A stretch of 64,000 nt of DNA from Alphaproteobacteria bacterium (GTDB taxonomy: Bacteria > Pseudomonadota > Alphaproteobacteria > UBA9219 > RFNS01): assembly GCA_037200005.1 (NCBI GenBank), contig JBBCGY010000001.1, forward strand, positions 42,416-106,415, given 5' to 3'. A model generated the notes under the pieces. The model was not told where the DNA came from. It ran no database searches and worked only from the letters and a program-made list of their open reading frames with translations. Positions 8,504-17,800 of this stretch are shown here, piece by piece. Position 1 is the first letter of the stretch. Each line of letters opens with the position of its first letter. Made by a program: the position numbers and the translations under genes.

Positions 8504-11500
8504 ATGGTCGCTGACATTCAATACACCCAGCCGGAACCGAATTATGACGGATTCCGCGAAGCGCATGTTGAAGAAGCAACTTTCGATTGGCTCTCTGGGC
8601 TTGGCTGGACACTCGCGCATGGGCCGGATTTGGCACCGGAAGGCAAAGCCCCGGAGCGGGCCAGTTATGGCGACGTGCTGTTGTTGGGGCGGTTGAGGAC
8701 AGCCTTGGCCGCGATCAACCCGCAACTCCCCGCCGATGCGATTGACGACGTGGTGCGTAAGATTATCGCAGTCGAAATGCCGTCTTTGGTCGAAGAAAAC
8801 CGGCGCTTGCATAAACTGATGGTCGATGGCGTGGCTGTGCAATACATGCAGGCCGACGGCACGATCAAAAACGACATCGCGTGGCTGATCGACTGGGAAA
8901 ACAAAAAGAACGATTGGCTGGCCGTCAATCAATTCACGGTCATCGAAGAACGCAACAATCGCCGCCCCGACGTGGTGATGTTTATCAACGGTTTGCCCCT
9001 TGCCGTTATTGAATTGAAGAACGCGGGAGACGAAAACGCGACAATCGAAGGCGCGTTCCGCCAGACGCAAGCTTACAAGCAATTGATCCCTTCTCTGTTT
9101 CGCACGAACGGCATACTGATTATTTCCGACGGACTGAAAGCCCGCATCGGCAGCCTGACCGCAGATTATGAGCGTTTCATGCCATGGCGCACGGTGGATG
9201 GGGCCGGTGTCGCGGCCAAAGGAACGCCCGAATTACACACAATGATTCACGGCGTTTTTGAGCAAGGGCGTTTTCTGGAGTTATTGCGCCGGTTCACCGT
9301 GTTTCAAAGCAACGGCAAAGATATTTTCAAAATCGTAGCAGGATATCACCAGTTCCACGCCGTAAAGCTCGCCGTTGCCAGCACCATCGACGCAACGGCC
9401 AGTGAAGGAAATCGCAAAGTCGGCGTCATCTGGCATACGCAAGGATCGGGCAAAAGCCTGTTGATGGCATTTTATGCGGGCAGCGTGATTGCCAATCCTG
9501 CGATGGCCAATCCGACTCTGGTTGTGCTGACCGACCGGAATGATCTGGACGACCAGCTTTTTTAACACTTTCAGCCTATCTCGTGATCTTATCCGCCAGA
9601 CGCCCGCGCAAGCGGGAGATCGCGATGAATTGCGGAAGCTTCTGGCGGTATCATCTGGCGGCGTTATCTTTACGACCATTCAAAAATTTCTGCCCGCTGA
9701 TAGTGAAAAAACTTTCCCGCTGTTGACTGACCGCAAGAATGTCATCGTCATCGCCGATGAAGCGCACCGCAGCCAATATGGCTTCAAGGCCAAGTTGGAT
9801 AAAAAGTCGGGCGAATTAGCTTATGGTTTTGCGAAACACCTGCGCGATGCGCTGCCGAATGCGTCCTTCATTGGCTTTACAGGAACGCCTATTGAGAAAG
9901 CAGATGTCAATACGCCCGCCGTATTCGGCGATTATATTGATGTCTATGATATTCAACGCGCGGTCGAAGACGGCGCGACGGTGCCAATCTATTACGAAAG
10001 CCGCCTAGCCAAACTCCAGCTTGACGAAGAGGAAGTCAAAAATCTTGATGCTGAGGTCGAAGAACTGACCGAAGACGAAGAATCCAGCGAGCGCGAGCGT
10101 AAGAAAAGCAAATGGTCGCGCGTTGAAGCCCTGTGGGAGCCGAAACACGCTTGGCTCAAGTAGCCGCCGATATTGTTCAGCATTTTGAGAACCGTATCAG
10201 CGCCTTAGACGGCAAAGGCATGACCGTATGCATGAGTCGCCGTATTTGCGTGGCGCTCTATAACGAGATTATTAAATTACGGCCCGCATGGCATTCAGAC
10301 GATGACGCGCAAGGCGCTATCAAGATTGTGATGACGGGCAATATCGCCAACGATCCGCCTGAATGGTTGAAACATACGGGCAGCAAGGCGCGCCGTGATT
10401 TCCTGGCAAAGCGGGCGCGCGACGCTAAAGACCCGCTAAAACTTGTTATCGTTCGTGATATGTGGCTTACGGGCTTTGATGCGCCCTGCATGCACACGAT
10501 GTATGTCGATAAGCCGATGCATGGTCATGGCTTGATGCAGGCCATTGCCCGTGTAAATCGCGTATTCCGCGACAAGCCAGGCGGCTTGATCGTTGATTAT
10601 ATCGGGATTGCCCATAATCTGAAACAAGCTCTCTCTATTTATTCCCCCGGCGACCGCGAAGAAGTCGGCATTGACGAGCAGCAAGCCGTCGCAGAGATGA
10701 TGCGCCGCTATGAAATCGTCCGGGATATGTTTTATGGATTCGATTATATGCGCGCGCTGCACGGCACACCGGCTGAACGCTTAGTGCTGATGGCCGAGGC
10801 TCTGGAGTGGATTCTCGATTTGCAGCAACGTGAAGCTGCAAAAGAACAGACCGAACAAGCCAGGAAAGAGGTGCGCCGCAAATTCTCAGACGCCGTTGTT
10901 GGCTTATCGCGCGCCTATGCGCTGGCCGCAACCTCGCCAGAAGCGGGGAAAATTCGTGATGAAGTCGGTTTCTTCCAGGCTATTCGTGCAGCCCTGGCAA
11001 AAAATGAGCCGGGCAAAGGTAGCACACAGGCGGAAATCGATGTGGCCGTCCAACAAATGGTCAGTCGTGCCGTGGTGTCAACGGAGATTGTCGATATTCT
11101 GGCGGCGGCAGGCATTAGAACCCCGGATATATCCATCCTCTCAGATGAATTTCTGGCAGAAATTCAAGGCATGAAGAAGCGTAACCTTGCATTGGAAGCC
11201 TTACAGAAACTCATCAATGGAGAAATAAAATCCCGCATCAAATCGAACGTGGTGCAATCTAAGAAATTCAGCGAACGACTGGAAGCCGCCGTCCGGCGCT
11301 ATCATAACAACGCTATAACTGCCGCGCAGCTTTTGGAGGAGCTGATTGCCATCGCAAAGGATATTAAAGCTGACCGCGAACGAGGAGAAGAACAAGGACT
11401 TAGCGAAGAGGAAATCGCTTTTTATGATGCTCTGGCTGAAAATGAAAGCGCATTGCAGTTGTTGGGCGATGAGAAATTACGAGTGATTGCTACTGAACTG

Positions 11501-11680
11501 GTTGTCTCCGTTCGCAATAATGTGTCTGTTGACTGGATGCACCGCGATAGCGCCCGCGCCAAGTTGCGCATCGAAGTCAAAAAGATTCTCAAGAAATATG
11601 GCTATCCGCCAGATTTACAGGATGCAGCGGTGCAACTGGTGTTGCAGCAGGCCGAAGTTTTGGCCCCACTCTGGGCATAA
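8504..11680 (+). pseudogene. hsdR: type I restriction enzyme R subunit (HsdR), disrupted by two frameshifts (~9555 and ~10140)
   Basis: Three consecutive ORFs (frames 2/3/2) cover an HsdR: N-terminal domain, DEAD-box helicase motifs 'HTQGSGKS', '[12 protein letters not shown]', 'FTGTP', C-terminal domain. First break is in a T6 run (ctttttt; dropping one T reads DDQLFNTF). Second is a 1-nt loss at 'ctgtggga' (restoring g gives [17 protein letters not shown]). Confidence 0.85.
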
Positions 11681-11772
11681 CAATCGCTGACGGCGATCTT
11701 TGGAATTCTATGTAAGAGGCTGCAACAGGTAAGGCCAGATTATGACCGAGAGGAACGAAGATTCTTAAACAA

Positions 11773-12903
11773 TCAAAGCGCCAGCCGGGGCCGGATTAGC
11801 GACAAAGGCCGGGCAGTGGAAAGCTGGAGGCCAACAGCTTCGTTTGGAACATTGGAAAAATCGGTAATAAGCGGCAGCATGGCGTTAGGGCCAAGGGCGC
11901 GTGGTGAGGCACCTAGTTCTTTAAGAGCGGAAACAATTTCCGGTTCATTTAGCGCATGAATGCGCATAAGGGGTTGCGTAGTGTCAGGAATCCATTTCCT
12001 GCGCGAGACTTCATCGCGGCCCGTCGAGATAAGTGCCGCGACCACGTCCTTGAGTTTGTCGCCTTTCGGCAGATTGCCGTTGCTGGTGATTTGAGCGCGG
12101 ACAATCGGCTCGCCCAGGAAGGTCGAAATGGCTTCCGTAAAACTGGCGGCGATTTTCTGATTGCCGTCCTCACTTTGCCAATTCGCCAGGAACACATTTG
12201 GCAAGCTGGAGTCTTTGCCGGGTTTCGCGGCGAAGTCCGCGAGCTGGATTGCAACTCGTGAGCGGCCCGTTTCAATGGGCGCATCGCCGATAAATTCCAG
12301 AACGGCGCTATCGTCCGGCGCTCCCATCGTCGCACCGAGTTTCTTGAAGATGCCGGTCATGGCCGCATTGCCGCCCGCATATTCGCCGACGCGGCCGCGC
12401 GAGACGAGGCCATAGGGCGAATAGCCTTGTTCGCGGCTGACGGATCGCCGGATTTTCTCGTAGATAAAATGCGAGCCAAGTCCAATGCCATTCGGGTATT
12501 CCGCGCTTTTTGTGCGATTACGGAATTCCTGGGATAGTTCCGGCGACACATAGGTATCTTCGCCATAGATAGCAGGATAATGGCGGAAATCCCGGCCATT
12601 GCGTTCCGTGAGAACGGTCGGAAACTCGATTGAGCCACCGGCGAGTTTGGGGCTGCAATTTTCCCACTCCACGATGGCGAAATAAGCCTGAATTTTATTT
12701 TTCTTGATGGCCTCGATAACTTTGCCGAATTTGGCGTTATCAGCGGACGCTCCATGCGTCACGGCTTCACTTTCGACGATTCTATAAAGAATCTCATCAA
12801 GCGCCATATGATGAACGACGTCCGTACCGTTCATGCGCACGATGCTGGCTTTGGCGTTTCCCGGCAGCAGACCGGGCATATTATCGAGCGCAACGGAAGA
12901 CAT
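11773..12903 (-). CDS. hypothetical protein, family A (paralog of 24000-25298)
   Basis: 376 aa; shares blocks with the 432-aa protein at 24000 (KLAGGSIEFPTV/KLAGAAIELPTV, HYPAIYGEDT, YPNGIGLGS/YPNGLGLGT, KIAASFTEAISTF, PIVR.Q.TSNGNLP.GD, MRIHAL.EPEIV.ALK.LGA.PR.LGP); immediately downstream of the HTH regulator gene (2-nt gap). Confidence 0.6.
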   Translation of the reverse strand: MSSVALDNMPGLLPGNAKASIVRMNGTDVVHHMALDEILYRIVESEAVTHGASADNAKFGKVIEAIKKNKIQAYFAIVEWENCSPKLAGGSIEFPTVLTERNGRDFRHYPAIYGEDTYVSPELSQEFRNRTKSAEYPNGIGLGSHFIYEKIRRSVSREQGYSPYGLVSRGRVGEYAGGNAAMTGIFKKLGATMGAPDDSAVLEFIGDAPIETGRSRVAIQLADFAAKPGKDSSLPNVFLANWQSEDGNQKIAASFTEAISTFLGEPIVRAQITSNGNLPKGDKLKDVVAALISTGRDEVSRRKWIPDTTQPLMRIHALNEPEIVSALKELGASPRALGPNAMLPLITDFSNVPNEAVGLQLSTARPLSLIRPRLAL

Positions 12904-12905
12904 GA

Positions 12906-13556
12906 TTATATTTTCCCCTTGTCGTCGGGGATCGAAGCATTTTCCCAGAATGATTCAAATTGCTCGACATATCTTTCGGCCAAGGGCTTGGAGTGTATCG
13001 AAACGACTTCGACATTATGATCGCTGCGATGCACCGCCTGGGCGATATAGTCATTATAGACGTAATAGGGAATGAGGATTTTCGTCGTCTTATCCAGCCA
13101 GCGATATTCGCAATAGCTGGCGGAGAAATTATAGTCGCCATCCAGGATAAGAACGCGGGCGTCAAGATTCGGAAGCTTGCTCATTCTTTCCATATGCTCG
13201 GTCGCATAATCTTGCGCATAGGAAAGGGTCTTGCCGTCGCTGGAATTAAACTGGCGAATGCGTCCACCGTCTTTCAGCGTTTCGTATATATGATCGAGGA
13301 ATTGTCGGTATCCGGCTTTGCCCGAAAAAACCCTGACTTGGTTTCTCCGCATCCGAACGCCCTCGTCATCCAGGAATTCGACGCCGTGCCGGTCGAAAGC
13401 ATTGGTTATGCTGGCGATGGTCTTCTCATGCGGTTGTACCGTATCGGCCTCGATTTTGCTCACGGTCACGCGGGTAAGCCCGGCCTCCCTAGCCAAGTCT
13501 TCCGCTTTCCATTCCAGTAAGCTGCGCGCTGCGCGAATTTGACGCCCGGTAATCAT
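12906..13556 (-). CDS. XRE-family HTH transcriptional regulator with C-terminal domain of unknown function
   Basis: N-terminal 'RQIRAARSLLEWKAEDLAREAGLTRVTVSKIE' is a typical Cro/C1 HTH; ~150-aa C-terminal domain unassigned. Confidence 0.7.
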   Translation of the reverse strand: MITGRQIRAARSLLEWKAEDLAREAGLTRVTVSKIEADTVQPHEKTIASITNAFDRHGVEFLDDEGVRMRRNQVRVFSGKAGYRQFLDHIYETLKDGGRIRQFNSSDGKTLSYAQDYATEHMERMSKLPNLDARVLILDGDYNFSASYCEYRWLDKTTKILIPYYVYNDYIAQAVHRSDHNVEVVSIHSKPLAERYVEQFESFWENASIPDDKGKI

Positions 13557-13817
13557 AAAGTTAGCACTAGCATATGGTTTAGTTAAAAATAGATAACAAT
13601 CGAGATAACTAAAATTGGCAATAACATATTAATATTTGTAAAAACATGCCCTGTCAATTCAGAAACATTAGTTTCATGTAAAATTTACTGATACCATAAG
13701 TATATTCTTCTTGATTCCCAGTCGGCTTTGCATTTATGTTCCCAAATATTGGTAATGCCTAATGGTTGAAATTAGCTCGATTAAGCCATTTAAAGCGATT
13801 TTCAAGGGGAATTTCAG

Positions 13818-13990
13818 ATGACCAATTCATTTAACGCTTATGTCATGCGCCAGGGCGAACCGGCCATTACCGCCATCATCGAAAATTGGGAAAGGCTTGT
13901 CGGCTTGCGGGCCGAGGCCGAAACGCCGCTTGAGCAGCGCTGGGCGGCGATGATGCATGGTTATGAGCCACAGGCAATGGCAGTCGCATG
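13818..13990 (+). CDS. small hypothetical ORF (57 aa), first gene of a small-gene operon
   Basis: ATG after 'aggggaatttcag' RBS-like sequence; stop overlaps the next ORF start (ATGA); not in the supplied ORF track (<60 aa). Confidence 0.3.
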
Positions 13991-14278
13991 AGCCGGAAAG
14001 CCGAAAAACCTTTCAGCCCGGTTGACGAGATGCAGCTTTCTCAGCCGATGGGCAATCGAACCGCCGAACATTTCCGCGATGCCCTGGATGATTTGGAGCA
14101 TGAGGCGACCGCGCAGGACGCAAAAATAAAGCAATTGCGCCAAGCTATTCTGCAACGCGCACAAGAACTCGACACTACCGTTTGCCAATCCTGGCTGGAT
14201 TCAGAAATCGAAAAAGCGGACCACCTCGCGTTGGAAGCGCGGCTGGAAAAACTCATCAAGTTCCTATCGGAAAAATGA
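13988..14278 (+). CDS. hypothetical protein (96 aa, predicted helical)
   Basis: ORF translationally coupled to flanking small ORFs. Confidence 0.4.
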   Translation: MSRKAEKPFSPVDEMQLSQPMGNRTAEHFRDALDDLEHEATAQDAKIKQLRQAILQRAQELDTTVCQSWLDSEIEKADHLALEARLEKLIKFLSEK

Positions 14279-14493
14279 TGATGGCGAATTTTCATGAACG
14301 CCCCATGACATATAAAAAGCTCGTCGCTCGTTACGGCCATGACATGGCTTTCGATTTACTCGTCACTATCGAGAGCCTTGCGAAGATTAAGCACGACATC
14401 ATCGAGATCAACGAAGAAATTCGTCTGCAACGCGCGCTGGAAGTTTTGGACGAGGCGGAATTCGGACAGGCAGATAAAGGCGGGGTCAAATGA
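14275..14493 (+). CDS. hypothetical protein (72 aa)
   Basis: ATG cluster 'atgatgatgg' overlapping the previous stop; stop overlaps the LuxR-type gene start. Confidence 0.35.
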   Translation: MMMANFHERPMTYKKLVARYGHDMAFDLLVTIESLAKIKHDIIEINEEIRLQRALEVLDEAEFGQADKGGVK

Positions 14494-14738
14494 TTTCCGG
14501 TAATAACATACCCAATAAAAAGCTTGCGCCGCGTGAAATCGAAGTCATGACCTTAACGGCGCGTGGCAAGACGACCACCGAAATTGCAATGCTTCTCTCG
14601 ATTGCCGAGGATACAGTTAAGACTCACATCAAACGATCCTGCCAGAAATTGAACGCGGCCAATAAAACACACGCCGTTGCTCTCGTTATGGCTCGCGGCA
14701 TAATAGAATGTTCCTGTTGTCACCCGAAAGGGGGATAG
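14490..14738 (+). CDS. LuxR/GerE-type HTH DNA-binding protein (stand-alone)
   Basis: 'LAPREIEVMTLTARGKTTTEIAMLLSIAEDTVKTHIKRSCQKLNAANKTHAV' matches the GerE/LuxR C-terminal HTH consensus. Confidence 0.6.
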   Translation: MISGNNIPNKKLAPREIEVMTLTARGKTTTEIAMLLSIAEDTVKTHIKRSCQKLNAANKTHAVALVMARGIIECSCCHPKGG

Positions 14739-14820
14739 AACTGCATTTTTATTTGCGCTACATAGTTGCGGCGCATTGGCGATGAAGTTAGAGTAAATTT
14801 TCGCGAAGGGGAGAACGGCG

Positions 14821-17800
14821 ATGGTGGCACCTGCGAAGAAATTTCACGAAGCGAACGGCGAACTCACCAATGAGGCAGGGGCAACGCGACCGCCGCTCTC
14901 GAGGAACAGCCTCTGGCGGACACTGCGCCCCGGGATCTCGGTGGGAGTAAGCCTCGCGGCAGTCGTCGCTTGCGAAAGCGGCGAACCCAACGCTTCAAAT
15001 GACAACATCGTTTCGATTTCCCAAGCGATAGGCTCTGCGACAATCTATAGCTTGCCTACCAATGTTTTGATGCCCAATGCCATCAATAATCAAAATCTCA
15101 TTGTGGGCCAGGGTCTGCCTTCGATCTATGATGCCAACACGGGAACATTTAGTAGCCTTGAAGTAAACCAGCCTTCGGGGGCGGTCACTTCCTATGCAAT
15201 TAGCAATGCCGGTCACGTTGTCGGCAATTCATTCAATGTTGGGCCGGTTTCCAATTCGGCGTTCATTTCACAGGGCGGACATTTGTCCGATCTATACGCC
15301 GGCAACAACAACGGGGTGACCAGCGTCGCTTACGGCGTCAACAATTATGGCCAAGTCGTCGGCACGATGCCGGTGACGGTCAACGATGCGAACAATAGTC
15401 CACATCCTTTCACGCATGCGTTCTCGTGGCAGGGCAGCGTTACAGACCTTACACCGAACTACTATGGAAATTCAGCCGCCTATGGCATCAACGATGCTGG
15501 GCAGATCGTGGGAACGATAGGAACTGCGGGGGTCAAGTGGCAGGGCGGATCGTCAAGCACGCTGCCGAGCGGCACCAGCACGCCCGCCATGATCAACAAT
15601 GTCGGTCAGATCGTCGGGACATATAGTTCAGGCGGTTCGTCGCACGCTTTCCTTGTGCAGAGCGGCACCCTGACCGATCTCGGAGCCATACAGGGAAGCA
15701 CACCTGTGAGGATCAACAACAAAGGACAAGTTACGGGCGGCTTCTACAACACGGGTGCCGGACAATATTACCCGAGCGTCTGGCAGAATGGCGTCGTGGT
15801 TACGATTCCCACTCTGTCGGGCATTCCCGCAGGCTGGTCTATCACGTCGATAAACGGCATCAATGACAGCGGAACCGTCGTAGGGCAAGGCACGCTTTCG
15901 GGTTCTTCACGGGGTTTTTACCTAACTTCGCCGCAGCTTCTGAACTACGCCATTGCCGGAAAGCCCTACGATCCGAAAGCGAATGGTGGTGAGGATTCGG
16001 CGTCAACCCCGACAGACGATCTATGTGGAACTCATGGCATGTGTGTGCCCAACGCGCAATTGCTGTCGGCCAGCTTGAATTTGAACGATACGCCGATTGG
16101 GTATCAGCCGCCCAAAGGGCCACCAGCCTATATCCGGCTTACATATAATCATCGTGACAGTGTCGCGCCCAGCAGCACTTCCTCGCATGTTGGGCCAAAC
16201 TGGACTCTGAATGTCATTTCTTACATTCAGGATGATCCGGCCAGCCCGGGCCAGAGCGTCACGCGCAACGTGGCGGGCGGCGGTATCGTCGACTACACTT
16301 TTGAGGCAGGGCAGTTCAATACCACCACGGGTGCATTCGGGCCGGAGAAGCAAACCGGGGCGATCTTGAAACGGACTCCCGCGACAGGGTTCAGCGCCAG
16401 TGCTTCCTATGAGCTTTCCTTTCCCGATGGGGCCAAGCAAATATTCTCCTACCCGGATGGAAGCTTCAATTATCCGCGCCGCGCATTCCTGACGGATATC
16501 GTTGATGCCTCAGGCCAGGGCCTGCATTTTGGCTACAATTATCTTCAAGGAACTTTCGGCGCGATCAATTGCACGCCGGGATGTCCGCAACTGCAATCAG
16601 TTTCTGATGCTAATTTCCGTGCAACAAACTTCGTCTACGGTGACGCATCTAATGTCTTGCGCGTGACGCGGATTAATGACCCGTTCGGGCGTCACGCCGA
16701 TTTAGCTTATGATGGCAGCGGACGGCTTTCGTCAATCACGGATGTGATCGGCATTCAATCGTCTTTCACCTATGACACCACCGACCCTACTTTCATCAAA
16801 AAGCTAACGACACCCTATGGCGATAGCAATTTCGTCTTTGGGCAAGATACGGCGACGGATCGTCGTTGGCTCACACTCTCCGATGCCGTGGGCAATACGG
16901 AAAAAGTGGAATACCGGGGCAGCAGCGCCAGCGGCATAGCGGCGTGCGACAAAAACACGAGCGATGCGTCGTGCAGTGTCTCGACCTCCGTGCCGACAGG
17001 CATGCCTAACGGCATCAATAACGCCGATCTCGACAAGCGCAACACCTTTGTCTGGAACAAATGGATGTATGCGAATGGCTATGGCAGCGATTACACGCAG
17101 GCGAATGTTACCCATTGGCTCAAGGACGGTGCGGGCAATCCCGTGGGGATTCCGGAAAGCGTCAAGCCGCTGTACGAATCCCGCATTTGGTATAATTATC
17201 CCGGCCAGAACGATCCTAGCACCCCAGGAACCCTGTCTGTGCCGAGGGCGACGGGCCGCGTGATCACCGATCCGCTTTACGGGCAAGCGCCGCAGAATCA
17301 GGTTTACCAAAGTCAATATAACAGCCTCGGCAAGCCCACCTTGACCGTCGATCCCTACAAGGTTTCAGGCAACAACAATGAAGGCCGAACTACACGCATG
17401 ACCTATGATGCCTCCGGCGTCGATCTTTTGACGGTGGAACAGAAAACCGGCAGCGGAACGCCGGGGACATGGGCGACGATTGCTTCCTACGTCTATACCG
17501 ATCCGACAGAACAGCCCACATCGATCCACAAACCGATCCGCTATACCGACGCGGCGGGGCAAACTTATAAATTCAAATACAATGGCGACGGCCAATTGAT
17601 CTATGCCGCCAATCCCTACAACGATACGACGTATAATGAATATCATCCGTCCGGCAAGCTCCTGCGGACGACCATGCCTGTGCCGAGCGTAAACTGGAAT
17701 ACCATCGATTATGGAACCGATATTAACGGCGCGCCGACGGGGGCGAGCAACAGCAGCGCCCTAAGGGACACCGCCATTACCTACGACTCCGCCGATCGTC

